NCBI RefSeq assembly: GCF_006345805.1
Contig: NC_043000.1
Span: forward strand, 150,536,001-150,600,000
Length of the DNA stretch: 64,000 bases
Reading direction: 5' to 3'
Source: Octopus sinensis
Lineage: Eukaryota
In this document: positions 12,280-25,129 of the stretch, one piece after another
How the letters are laid out: each line of letters opens with the position of its first letter
Numbering within the stretch: the stretch's first letter is position 1
Made by a program: the position numbers and the translations under genes
Notes under the pieces: generated by a model
Told to the model about the DNA's origin: nothing
Database searches by the model: none
The model's input: the letters and a program-made list of their open reading frames with translations, nothing else

Positions 12280-12942
12280 TTTTATTTAAAAAATAAAGAA
12301 AGGAAAAGAAAAAAAGACTCATCAATCCTAACCCTCAATAATATGATTAGTTACTTTAGATGTTGCTTAACCTCAGGTCAGCCTTGGTCATGTAGAGCTA
12401 TGGTCAGTGGGTCAGTGGTATTCCAGCTGGGACAATCTTCATTTCCCATTTTTTTATGTCTGCAGACCTAGATCTCTAATTATATTATTCATAAATAAAG
12501 CAGCATTTAAACGGGGATTTTTTATTTAATCTTTAAAAATATTTCATTGTTTCCTAAATCATTTGGTTTGCTTTATAAAATTCTATCAATGGTTATTAAT
12601 CAGTTATTTTGTTGATTAGACATGAGGACTGAATTACTGATCCAAATGTCTTGATATAAATCCTGAGGGTGGCATTGTGTACACTTCTAAACAAAATATT
12701 TATTACTTAGGGTAATTGACAAAAGGTGCCACTCTCATTTTTATGGTTACATTAGTAGCTTTAGAAAGAATGTTTAATCTACCTTTGGTATTTGTTAAAC
12801 CCTTTCTATTATTAATAAGAAAAGTCATCTTTCTTTCAGTATCAACAATATAAAAAAAAAGTTGAAACATTTGTAATTTATTTTGCTACATATTGAATTT
12901 TTATGATAGCAACAGAATATGCACACACATATGTGTGCGTGT

Positions 12943-13355
12943 GTAGGTATGGCTGTATGGTTATGAAGCTTGTTTCCCAGTCATGTGGTCTTGGGTTCAA
13001 TCCCACTCTGAGGTACCTTGAGCAAGTGTGATCTACTATAGCTCTGGGTCGACCAAAACCTTGTTAATGAATTTGGTAGACAGAAACTGAAAGAAGTCAG
13101 TTGTAGTCATATGTATATATCTATCTGTGTGTGTGTGTCTTTTTGTTTGTGTTTGTCCCCTACCAGTACTTGATAACGGTTGTTAGTTTGTTTACATTCC
13201 TGTAACTTAGTGGTTTGGTAAAGAGACTGATAGAATAATTACCTGGTTTAAAAGATAAGTACTGGGGTGAATTTATTTGACTAGAACCCTGGAAGGCAGT
13301 GTCCCAGTATGGATGCAGTCCAATGACTGAAACAAGTAACAAATAAAAGGAATAA
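12943..13355 (+). mobile_element. SINE-A, old diverged copy
   Basis: Recognisable head, core and tail. Confidence 0.75.
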
Positions 13356-13361
13356 AAATTA

Positions 13362-13731
13362 TAGTGGCTGTGTGGTAAGTAGCTTGCTAACCAACCACAT
13401 GGTTCCGGGTTCAGTCCCACTGCATGGCATCTTGGGCAAGTGTCTTCTGCTATAGCCCCGGGCCGACCACTGCCTTGTGAGTGGATTTGGTAGATGGAAA
13501 CTGAAAGAAGCCCGTCGTATATATGTATACATATATATATGCGTGTGTGTGTTTGTGTGTCTGTGTTTATGTGTTTATGTCCCCGTTACTTAGCGGTTCG
13601 GCAAAAGAGACCGATAGAATAAGTACTGGGCTTACAAAAGAATAAGTCCCGGGGTCGAGTTGCTCGATTAAAGGCGGTGCTCCAGCATGGCCGCAGTCAA
13701 ATGACTGAAACAAGTAAAAGAGTAAAAGAGT
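13362..13731 (+). mobile_element. SINE-A
   Basis: Family consensus; inserted at the tail of the older copy. Confidence 0.9.
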
Positions 13732-14199
13732 ATATATTGTGTGTATGTGTGTATATTTATTGTTTTTTGAGTTAATCTTAGAGACAGCTTGTCCTTTTAA
13801 AATACTCATGTAATCTATAACAATTGCTCATAATTGTAAAATTGCATTATTATTGAAAACAGACAATCTCTTTGCCAAGTTAGCTCCAAATAAATAAATC
13901 AACTGTACATCAGAAAGTGTTTTGCATACTTCTTTGAATAGTGGTTCTCTTGTAGCTGTGAATATCTAACCTATATCATCCTTGCCATCACCGTTTTAAC
14001 ATCTACTTTTACTTGGTGCAAGGGTCAGATGGAACTTGTTGAGATAGATTGCCTGTGGCTGGTTATGTTTGCTCAGGAGATTTTCTGTGGTTGGACATGT
14101 TTGCACAGGTGATTGAAAGTGAAAGACAGTCTGAATGTCAGTGACACTTGCTTACAACTATCAATGTGATGCCAAAACAAGGAGCCTCTTGCATGCATG

Positions 14200-14382
14200 C
14201 GCACGCGCGCGCACACACACACACACACATACATAGAGTGTAAGTTTTATTTTTCAGTTTTCATCTACCAAATCCACTCACAAGCTATAGTAGAAGACAC
14301 TTGCCCAAGGTGCCACTCAGTGGAACTGAACCCAGGATTATGCAATTGGGAAACAAACTTCTTAACCACACAACCATGCCAC
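14200..14382 (-). mobile_element. SINE-A 5' half, diverged
   Basis: Head and core only. Confidence 0.65.
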
Positions 14383-14394
14383 ATATAATGTATA

Positions 14395-15145
14395 TCATCA
14401 TCATCATCATCATCATTTAGCGTCCGTTTTCCATGCTAGCATGGGTTGGACGGTTTAAGTGGGGTCTGTGAAGCCGGAAGGCTTCATCAGGCCCAGTCAG
14501 ATTTGGCAGTGTTTCTACGCCTGGATGCCCTTCCTAACGCCAACCACTCCGTGAGTGTAGTGGGTGCTTTTACGTGCTACTGGCACGGGGGCCAGGCGAG
14601 GCTGGCAACGGACATGGACGGATGGTGCTTTTACGTGTTACCGGCACGGGGGCCAGTCGAGACTGGCAACGGACACGAATGGATGCTGCTTTTATGTGCT
14701 ACTGGCACGGGGGCCAGGCGAGGCTGGCAACGGACACGAACGGATGGTGCTTTTATGTGCTACCGGCACGGGGGCCAGTCGAGGCTGGCAACGGACACGA
14801 ACGGATGGTGTTTTTACGTGTTACCAGCATGGGGGCCAGTCGAGGCTGGCAACGGACATGAGGGGATGGTGCTTTTATGTGCCAACGGCACGGGGGCCAG
14901 GCGAGGCTGGCAACGGACACGAACGGTTGGTGCTTTTATGTGCTACCGGCACGGGGGCCAGGCGAGGCTGGCAACGGACACGAGCGGATGGTGCTTTTAT
15001 GTGCCAACAGCACGGGGGCCAGGCGAGGCTGGCAACGGACACGAACAGATGGTGCTTTTACGTGCTACCGGCACGGGGACCAGTCGAGGCTGGCAATGGA
15101 CACGAGCGGATGGTGCTTTTATGTGCCAATGGCACGGGGCATCTA
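14395..15145 (-). mobile_element. RTE 3'-UTR fragment with 61-bp VNTR (about 9.5 units)
   Basis: (CAT)n tail on plus. Unit starts at 14582, 14643, 14704 ... 15131. Confidence 0.88.
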
Positions 15146-15232
15146 ATGCCTGTTTTCCATGCCAACATAGTTTGGATGGTTTGGCAGGAGCTGGCGAGGC
15201 TGGGAACCACACCAGGTTTCACTGTCTATTAC

Positions 15233-15424
15233 TCTATTACTTGTTTCAGTCATTTGACTGCGGCCATGCTGGAGCACCGCCTTTAGTCGAGCAAATCGAC
15301 CCCGGGACTTATTCTTTGTAAGCCCAGTACTTATTCTATCGGCCTCTTTTGCCGAACCGCTAAGTGACGGGGACGTAAACACACCAGCATCGGTTGTCAA
15401 GCAATGCTTGGGGGACAAACACAA

Positions 15425-15479
<55 letters not shown>

Positions 15480-15645
15480 TACGACAGGCTTCTTTCAGTT
15501 TCCGTCTTCCAAATCTACTCACAAGGCGTTGGTCGGCCCGGGGCTATAGCAGAAGACACTTGCCCAAGATGCCACGCAGTGGGACTGAACCCGGAACCAT
15601 GTGGTTGGTTAGCAAGCTACTTACCACACAACCACTCCTGCGCCT
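15233..15645 (-). mobile_element. SINE-A
   Basis: Family consensus. Confidence 0.9.
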
Positions 15646-16559
15646 ATCACAACCACTCCTGTGCCACTGTCTGTTTTGGCATGGTTTCTAAAGCTGGATG
15701 CCCTTCTCAATGCTAACCATATTACAGAGTGTACTGGGTGCTTTTTATGTCACACCAGCATCAGTGCTTTTTACATGGCACCAACAGAGTCACCAAGTGC
15801 CTACAAGACAAAAACTCTTCAACTAGGAGTGGAGAGTAGCATTGAGGGGGTGTAGCTTTGTGCCAGTCGAGAGATTTAGGGTATAGAAGGAACAGATATG
15901 TGTCTTGCTGTAGAGTAGATAAAAGGATACCCATGTTGGATAACAAAGGTGAGTGAATTAGAGAGTAAGATAAAGAAAGCGATAGTGAGAGAGATGATGG
16001 TGAAGATGTGTGGGGACATGCCCTTGAATGACTTTGGGGCTGGTGGGCATAGGTTTGGTGACATACAGGCTTGGACTGGATGAGTGGGCAGGATGAGGTA
16101 ACTGTAGGAAATGATGGGAGAAATATAGTAGAGGCTTGGAAGCAGGGGTTGCAGTAGATGTGTGAGGGAAAGCAGGAAGGGAGGTGATGATGATGGAGAG
16201 AAGGTGCAGAAAGGAGATGATTGGTGGCGATAGTAAGTGGGGGAGGAACAGGAACTGAGAAAGCCAGGGGATGTGATATGTGCATATTCTGGCCTCAGGG
16301 GAGAGAAGTGGTGGATGTTAGGGGATGAAATATATGTGGGTTGGGAGAAGGTTGACAGAGTGGAGAGGTCGGAGGTAAGCGTTACCAAGGTTGTTTTAGG
16401 ATATCAATTCTAAGTTTGTGGAAAAGCAAGTGGATTGCATCTGGAAAGAAGGTTTGTTGTGTAGATATTTGCCTAAAGGCAGAGGGCTCTTGCACATGTC
16501 CAAATAATTATACAAGTATTACAGCTTAATGAATCACCATACTGCCCAGATCTTGAAAT

Positions 16560-16990
16560 CCTCAGGGTCATAAAAAGAGAACACCTTACATTTAGGTCTA
16601 GTGACTCCTACTCATGTGGCTAAAAGTACTAATCCAGTGCATCTATCACATATGAAGCTTATGTTCTCTGTTAATCTGTCTGTGAATCCACTACGTCTCT
16701 TGCATGTCCATAATTTTCATTTGGTGCAGTTCATACCAGCTTCTTTTCTGCATATTAAGCATGGCCATATCCAAGAGGTTACCGGGGTTCTCTCTTCTTA
16801 CCTAAATACTAAAACCTCCATCTTTGCTAAGTTTACTTTAAGACCTCTTGGTTCTAGGTGTAGCTTCCATGCTTGGAATTTTCCCTCTAATTCCTCTACA
16901 GATTCAGTTATGAGAACTAGGTCATCAGCATATAGGAGTTTCCATGGTTAGTCAGTATTAAACTCCCCTGTTGATGGCCTGTAAGATTAT
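16560..16990 (-). mobile_element. RTE RT fragment
   Basis: The minus strand reads PWKLLYADDLVLITESVEELEGKFQAWK. Confidence 0.75.
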
Positions 16991-17835
16991 TATGAATCTT
17001 AATGGACCCCTATTCACATGCTGAATTCATCACTGAAATCATTGAAAACTAGCGATGACTTGAAAATAGCATAAATTGATTACCTATGTGCTGGAATTTT
17101 GGTGAAGGTACATTTTGTCTTGTAATGATGAGCAGAAGTATAATAAAACTCCTCTAGGACTTCAGTTTACAGAAAGACACGAAAGTTCAAACCAGGTAAT
17201 CAGATATGATATTTATAGAAAAATTAAATAAGATAATGTTTGACTATAATCTGTAATTGCTATAACATTTGGTTTCAGAATGTAAGAGAAAGATATAAAT
17301 AGTTAGATTATAAAGTACAATGAGCTTACATGTGAAATATAGACATAGCACATGTTAGTATACATAGTAACAATAGTGACTGAACAGATAGGGATAAGTT
17401 TTTATTCATAGAAATATTGGTATATTTTCACTTGGTTAGTAAGATATGGAAACAATGTGGATGTAAGGATTTATAGGAGAGAGAGAGAGAGAGTGTGTGT
17501 ATGTGAGTGAGAAAGAGAGAGAGAGAGAGAGGGAGAGAGAGAGAGAGAAATATAGTGGAATTCTAGATTAGTGGGTTTTGTCTGATATTTAACCAGTTAC
17601 TCTTAAAAGATCAAAAGCTTAGATAAAACATAAATAAAAACTACTAAAAAATGAATTATATTTTGACTTATAAAATGCATATAAGCAAATTTATTCAGGT
17701 GCATACACACACACACACACACACACAGAGATAAAATGTAAAATTCAGCTATACTAAAAGAATACAGAATCAAAATATTTTACCTTCTGTCTTTGAAGGA
17801 ATAAATTCACTTTTATAAATAAAATATTTTTCAAT

Positions 17836-18248
17836 AGGCGCAGGAGTGGCTGTGTGGTAAGTAGCTTGTTTACCAACCACATGGTTCTTGTTTCAGTCCC
17901 ACTGCATGGCACCTTGGGCAAGTGTCTTCTGCTATAGCACCGGGCCGACCAAAGCCTTGTGAGTGGATTTGGTAGATGGAAACTGAAAGAAGCCCGTCGT
18001 ATATATGTATATATATATGTGTGTGTATCTGTGTGCGTATATGATTGTGTGTCTGTGTTTGTCCCCCTAGCATTGCTTGACAACCGATGCTGGTGTGCTT
18101 ATGTCCCCGTTACTTAGCGGTTCGGCAAAAGAGGCCGATAGAATAAGTACTGGGCTTACAAAAGAATAAGTCCCGGGGTCGAGTTGCTTGATTAAAGGCG
18201 GTGCTCCAGCATGGCCGCAGTCAAATGACTGAAACAAGTAAAAGAGAA
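17836..18248 (+). mobile_element. SINE-A
   Basis: Family consensus. Confidence 0.9.
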
Positions 18249-18780
18249 TGTTATATTAAAATGTAGCTATATCTAACTGGTAACTACTAAACAAACCATA
18301 GTTGTTGGTTGTTATACAATTTTAAGCACTTTATTAGGATAGAATCTTTGATATGCAAGTTTCTAATATTAATATAGTAAGCTTTGATTGTGTCTTTATA
18401 TTCTGGTAGGTTTGGTTTTCATGTTGTATAATGCATATATACAATGGACAGTTGCCATTGGGTATTATATTCATTTATTATTATATTGGTTTCAATCATT
18501 GGACTGCAGCAATACTGGGGCATTGTTGTCAAGGGTTTCAGTTATTTTCATCAATACTAGGTTTCATATTCCGACTCTTATTTCATTAATCTTGAGAGAT
18601 TCAAATTGCAAAGTGGATACTGGAATAAGTGAAAATCACTACATCAGATTAAATATTATGAGGTGTTTCTATTCAAATGTCCCACTTTTGTTTACCTTGT
18701 GCTGGTATAAAAAAAAAACATATGTTCTGGCACAAAGAATTACACAAACAAGAAAAAGAGTACTTGATATGTTTTGATAT

Positions 18781-19211
18781 GTCTTCAAAGCCACAGTCGA
18801 ACCAATTCTACTATATGGCTCAGAAACCTGGACGTTATCAAAGAAGCTTGAGAGGCGGTTGGATGGAACCTACACTCGCCTCCTTATGAGAGCTTAAAAT
18901 CTCTCGTGGAAGCGCCATCCAACCAAAATGCAAATATATGGGAAACTACCACCTGTGTCATCTCTTGTGAAAGGTAAGAGAGTCCAGTTTGCTGGACATT
19001 GTTGTAGAGCTGAAAACGAGGCAATTTCTACTCTTCTCCTCTGGAAGCCATCTACTCGCAATGCCAGAGGGCGCACACTCTCCTACCCTGATGTAATCTC
19101 CAGGGATACAGGCATCCAGCAACAGGACCTCCGTAATGCTATGATGGACCGTGAAGTCTGGCGTAGCATGGTAAATTCCATTGTCTCGACCACGGTCGAA
19201 CAATGATGATG
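18781..19211 (+). mobile_element. 5'-truncated RTE-clade LINE (second family), ORF C-terminus with (TGA)n tail
   Basis: FKATVEPILLYGSETWTL...VQFAGHCCR...MMDREVWR, with one stop. It is flanked by a 125-bp direct repeat. Confidence 0.85.
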
Positions 19212-20439
19212 ACATCAGATTAAATATTATGAAGTGTTTCTATTTGAATGTCCCAATTTTGTTTACCTTGTGCTGGTATAAAAAACACAACGTATGTTCT
19301 GGTACAAAGAATTACACAAACAAGAAAAAGAGTACTTTTGTAAGAGTTTTATCCTGTTATTGTAAGCTGGAGACCTCACTTAACATTACTCTGAGTTTCT
19401 CATTTCTGATTTTTGGCTAGCAATGAATGTTTCAATGAATATAGTAGCTTTCTTCATATCCATTCCCTGAAAATGCTTAAATATAATTATGGATTTTGAT
19501 TGGTTACTGGGGAGTCGTATTCTTGTATTTGCATAGCTGTCAAAGACACTGTGGCTGCTTTCTCAAAGTATATCTGGTTTATTAGAGCAGTGATTTTCAA
19601 CCAGGGTTCCGTGGAACCTTAGGGTTCCACCAGTACAGTCCAGGGGTTCTGCAAGAAGTTACAAAACTGCTAAAATCGGCAGTAATTTTAAATTCTCCTG
19701 TGCAGATATGTGTGCATAAGACAATTAAGTTATTGCACAGGGGTTCCTCGAGCCAGTGGAATGTTTCCTTGGGATTCCACTCCAGCAAAAAGTTTGAAAA
19801 GCACTGTATTAGAGGAACAACTCACCACCTGTTCAGAAAACTTGACCACTCTCAGAAATGCTCAAGTTTCGGCCTATAGGTGTACTACCTCCCGTCTCTG
19901 CCTTTTTTACTACTACTATAATGGCCTCTGCTCCTCACAGGTAACTGGGTTCATATCACCTCCATTCATACATTATTTTCTCACTCGTTTTACCTCCTCC
20001 TCATCACTCTGCTGGTATCTAACCACTGAACTCAGTTATTCCTTCCAAAATCATCAGCTCTCTGGAACTTCCTCTTTACTCATGTTTTTCCTGTAGGTGT
20101 TATTTTGCAATTGTTCATGAGGAACATTAATGCCATAAATCTTACTAATCTCAGAGGGCCTCTAGGCGCCATGTTTGGCACTATACCTTCCTTCAAACCA
20201 AGCATATAAAAGAAAAAACAAAAAACAAAATATGGTATTCACAGCCATATCACCATGGAAGTTTCACTTATAGATTTCATTGTTTTGCCTAATTGAGAAA
20301 ATGCAGATCTTGTCACAAAATTTTTTCCAGCTTAAATCTCAGGCCAGAGTAATATAATTCTTGCAAACATCCCCACTTACACACACACGCACGCACGCAC
20401 ATACACACACACACTGATGTCCTGCTATAAATCACTTTA

Positions 20440-20615
20440 ATACATAATATGAGCACATCTCTCAGCTATTTTCCCTAGGAAGCATAGTACCTTGTCAAAA
20501 GCCTTCTCCAAGTCATTGAATGCTAGGTATGACAGCTTGGTCTTAGCTAAGAACATCAATAGTTATCACTTAAGGAAGATAATATTTATGGTATCCCATT
20601 CTGTAGACATGTATC
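20440..20615 (-). mobile_element. RTE RT motif-A fragment
   Basis: YLAFNDLEKAFDKV. A similar copy lies at about 24000-24215. Confidence 0.55.
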
Positions 20616-20712
20616 CAGCTGATTAAAACAATCTAAGTTTAGAGTCTGATAAGAGTAAAAATAGATTAAAAACACCAAACAAAACACTGTGGAGCTTTAT
20701 GACCATCTTTAT

Positions 20713-21120
20713 ATTACTCTTTTACTCGTTTCAGTCATTTGACTGCGGCCATGCTGGAGCACCGCCTTTAGTTGAGCAACTCGACCCCGGGACTTATTCT
20801 TTGTAAGCCCAGTACTTATTCTATCAGTCTCTTTTTGCCGAACCGCTAAGTGACGGGGACGTAAACACACCAGCATCGGTTGTCAAGCAATGCTAGGGGG
20901 ACAGACACCGACACACAAACATACATGCACACATACATACATATATATATATATATATGATGGGCTTCTTTCAGTTTCCGTCTACCAAATCCACTCACAA
21001 GGCTTTGGTCAGCCCGAGGCTATAGTAGAAGACACTTGCCCAAGGTGCCATGCAGTGGGACTGAACCCGGAACCATGTGGTTGGTAGGCAAGCTACTTAC
21101 CACACAGCCACTCCTGCACC
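20713..21120 (-). mobile_element. SINE-A
   Basis: Family consensus. Confidence 0.9.
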
Positions 21121-21514
21121 TATTGTAAACTTTTCTGAAGAAGTCTTGTGATTTTTTGGTTACTCTGCATGGCCATCCAAGCAACACCTCCTTTACTTTG
21201 TACTGTTTTGGTTACCAGATCAATGCTCTGTTAGTGCCAGTTCATTTTTACTCTTATTTTAATTCACTTAGTTTCACCTTAGGTCATTTTAGATTCATTT
21301 TCAATCTATTTTGCTTTATTTTACCTTCACCTTTTCTAATCAATCTTATTTCCAGTCAATTTTTTAATCAATCTTACTTTATGATTCTTATATATCTTTA
21401 ATTTTTTTATCACATTTTTATTTCATACATTTTTTTCATTAGATAAAGAAAATAGATTTTTCATCATTTATATTGCCTTTTAGCTTTTATTATCTTTTAC
21501 GATTTATTCTTTAA

Positions 21515-21733
21515 CCCTTTTGTTACTAACCCGGCCAAAACCGGCTCTGGCTATGTGGTAAAATGTCTTGTTTTCCTAAGTTTTAATTAAAATCTTCCAC
21601 CAAGCTTTAGTCACAATTTACATTCCTAACACTAGCTTAATAATAACTAAGTTATTTTACTAAATTCTTTTTTATATTTAAAATAATTGAAAGAAACACA
21701 GAGCATCTCAAAATAAATACAGTAATGAAAGGG
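21515..21733. mobile_element. piggyBac-type MITE (family 1)
   Basis: TTAA|CCCTTT...AAAGGG|TTAA. Confidence 0.82.
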
Positions 21734-22245
21734 TTAATCCTCACCCATACAGCTCAATTTATTCCATCGTTGCTTTAATGCATAACATATCTATTCTTGC
21801 ATATTTTTAAATATGCATCTTTCTATCCAAGTGTTGCATTTAAACATGTGTTAGCTTACTCATTGAGCATATGCCCATATAAACAAATGTATATGTGGAG
21901 TTAGTTTGGTATGTGGGTATGAAGATTAAGAAGATGTGGGTGTTTTTGTGGTTTTCTTATTTCTTTTGATTTTTAATATTCCTCACTGCTTTTCATTTTT
22001 TTCCCCTTTTTTCTTCAACTTTAATCCTCATATGTTCTTATGCACTCTAATAACAATGCAAAAACATATTATATACCCAAATGTTCATAAGCGTATTATA
22101 AAAATGTAACAATTCCCTCTCCCCAGCATCTTAGTCAGGATCTAGCTGTATATTAAACAGGGATGTGCCACCTAGGTAGGCAAGGTAGGTAGTTCCTACC
22201 TTGAATAAAATAGATCAATAGCATCATTTTCCTTTTATGGCAAAA

Positions 22246-22639
22246 CTAGCAGCATCGCCCGGCGTTGCTTGGGTTTGTAAGGGAAACAACTATATAAGCA
22301 TTTTTAGAGATGTAAAGTATAATAGCCATCTCAATATGGTTAACCACAAAGGGGGGGGTGTTACTATAGCTTTTTACGTTCTGAGATTTAATAAATTTTT
22401 AGAGAGTTACTTCCCTTATATATGCCAAAAATGCATTAAAAATGGGAAAAATTGATGGTAAATTTTTTTTTAAATCGTAGACTCATCGTAGACGCGCGCT
22501 AATACCCAGAAGGGCTCAATATGAATCACGACTACAAGATACCCGGTTTTGGTTAAACTGCACCGCAAAATGTGGGAGTAGTTAGGAATCTAAATCGTAG
22601 GAGACAGACAACACACAACCTCTCTTTTATATATAAAGA
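22246..22639 (-). mobile_element. Non-autonomous Helitron (family F)
   Basis: Same termini on the minus strand. Confidence 0.85.
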
Positions 22640-23292
22640 TGTTCATAAACATATTATAAAAATGTAACAATTCCCTCTCCCCAGGAGCTAGCTGTATATT
22701 AAACAGGGATGTGCTGCCTAGATAGGCAAGGTAGGTAGTTCCTACCTTGAATAAAATAGATCGATAGCATCATTTTCCTTTTATGGCAAAATATGCACCT
22801 AATTCAATAAAATTATGAAGGTTACTCTGATTACTGTGCATAGAATATAAAATATTTTATTTTTTGGTAGATTAGGCAGGCATAATTCACCCCTGCCTCT
22901 CAATCTCAGTATTTAAGCTACGCATAGTAATGCTGTAGTACATGTGTTACGGACACTCCTACAACGTTTTCTTCATGGGCTATAAAGGCAAAATTAAATC
23001 TGGCTTCAACTCAGTCGTGCACCTGTAGTTTTCTTATTTTTTTGTATGTTTTACTTCATAAGTCACCAACTGCCTACCCTGAGTAATTACTGATGGCACA
23101 TGCCTAACATTAAATATTTTGAAAGAACATATTTTATTTGTTACCTTTACTGTTAACTACTGTTCATCAACTCTACTACATATGCAAGTCTTCTCTATTG
23201 GCCTGGCTGTGGTTCCACTATATCTCTTGTTCATTTACAATAACATACTTGGTATATAGTACAAAGGTCTTGCTACTTCTCTGAATATGAGA

Positions 23293-23456
23293 AGGAGTGG
23301 CTGTGTGGTAAGTAGCTTGCTTACAAACCACATGGTTCTGGGTTCAGTCCCACTGCGTGGCACCTTGGGCAAGTGTCTTCTACTATAGCCTCGGGCCGAC
23401 CAAAGCCTTGTGAGTGGATTTGGTAGACGGAAACTGAAAGAAGCCTGTCGTATATA

Positions 23457-23502
<46 letters not shown>

Positions 23503-23707
23503 GTGTGTGTGTGTGTCCCCGTCCCACATCATTTGACAACCAATGCTGGTGTGTTTACGTCCCCGTAACTTAGCAGTTCGGCAAAAGAGATAGATAGAAT
23601 AAGTACTAGTCTTACAAAGAATAAGTCCTGGGGTCGATTTGCTCAATCAACTAAAGGCAGTGCTCCAGCATGGCCACAGTCAAATGATGGAAACAAGTAA
23701 AAGAGTA
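23293..23707 (+). mobile_element. SINE-A
   Basis: Family consensus with expanded (TG)n. Confidence 0.9.
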
Positions 23708-23999
23708 TCCCTGATGACAGTAGGATCCTGTAATCAAAATCTTTTGTCTTTGCTAGGTTTACTTTGAGTTCTCTCGATCCTAGTTTTTTTTTCTTCCATA
23801 TTTGCAATTTCTCTCATTCGTCAGCTTCAGCTATGAGAAGTAGGTCATTGGTGTACAAGTGGTTGACAGCTGGCAAGCTCTTCTGTTATGGCCTGCAGCA
23901 CTATAATAAACAAGATGGGGTTGAGAACTGAATCCTGACAAACATGAAATTGCACATAGAATTTCTCACTCTTTGCTGATGGCATCAACAACTTGCATG

Positions 24000-24215
24000 T
24001 CTCTCACCTATTTTACTTTGGGAACATCAGATCATAGAGCATGGTTCCTTGTCAAAAACCTTCTCCAAGTCAATGAGTGCTAGGTATAATAGCTTGGTCT
24101 TAGCTAAGAACATCTATAGTTATCACATGAGGAAGATGGCATTTATGATATATCATCCTGTTAATATGTATGTATTTAGTTGATGTGAGCAATTAGTGTT
24201 TAGAGTCTGATAAGT
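24000..24215 (-). mobile_element. RTE RT motif-A fragment
   Basis: YLALIDLEKVFDK; paralogous to 20440-20615. Confidence 0.55.
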
Positions 24216-24439
24216 GTAAAGATGTTTCCATGACCATGACCCATATCTCAAGCATTGTAGATTGAATGTAGATGTTGATTAAATAAAAATTGCTGAGAAT
24301 GACTGATAGACTAAGTCAACAGTAAAAGTAATGCATAAAAAATAGGAATGAAAAGAAAACCACTATGGTTAAGTAAATAAAGAAACCAACTAAAAGTGTG
24401 TGAATTTGTGTGTGTGTGTTTGTTTACTCTGTGGATAAA

Positions 24440-24720
24440 GGTATGGCTGAATAGTTAAGTTCACTTTGCAATCCTAAGGTCTCAGGTTCAATCTTAGTAC
24501 ATGGCATTTTGAACAAGTGTCTTTTATTTTAGATTTTGGCTGGCCCAAGCCATGTGAGTGGAATTGGATTGATAGAAACTGTGGAGGACTCTTGAATAAG
24601 CTGTACCTGTAATTCAAAGGAACAGCCTTGTCACACTGTATATTGTTGATTCTACTTGACAATTATGTCAAAGGACAAATGTCTGTAGAATACTCTACCA
24701 TTTACACTATAGAATCTCGG
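24440..24720 (+). mobile_element. Old SINE with SINE-A-like head and SINE-B-like tail
   Basis: ggtatggctgaatagttaag...gaacaagtgtctt followed by aattcaaaggaacagccttgtcacact. Confidence 0.5.
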
Positions 24721-25129
24721 AGAATCCATTTGGCAGTTCAGTTGATCAAACATCTGGTACTCCCATTGTTGAAACTGACTGTAATCCATATATCTTTTAT
24801 TTAATCTATGAATTTGTTCTGAGTGAACATTAAAATGTAAGGATAGTGTACATTGAGTGGAAAGGAACTGTAAGGTTGGTGTTGGATGTTACATGTTGTA
24901 GAGGCAGGTCAAAGAAGATTGAGATTGAAATTTGGCACAACACAGAATTGCAGGACTTATTCTCTTACTTCACTTAAAGTCTGACGAAATTCTGCAGCAC
25001 CTGGTTTACATAATTTGAAAAATAGTGACACTAGTATCAAGCTGTATGGGACTTTTCCTTTTCTTTGGAAACATTGCTGATGCGGAGGAAGAAGGAAGAT
25101 GTGCTGCATGCGAAATTGCTAGTATTATA

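Noticed and set aside
14565-15140. CRISPR-like repeat-spacer appearance
   Set aside because: The spacers are homologous to each other, the context is a eukaryotic LINE UTR, and there are no cas genes.
14446-15321. 291-aa and 240-aa repetitive Cys/Trp-rich ORFs (also ORFs at 28.6-29.1, 29.8-30.4 and 37.7-38.1 kb)
   Set aside because: They are translations of stop-poor VNTR units in RTE 3' UTRs; several frames and both strands are open.
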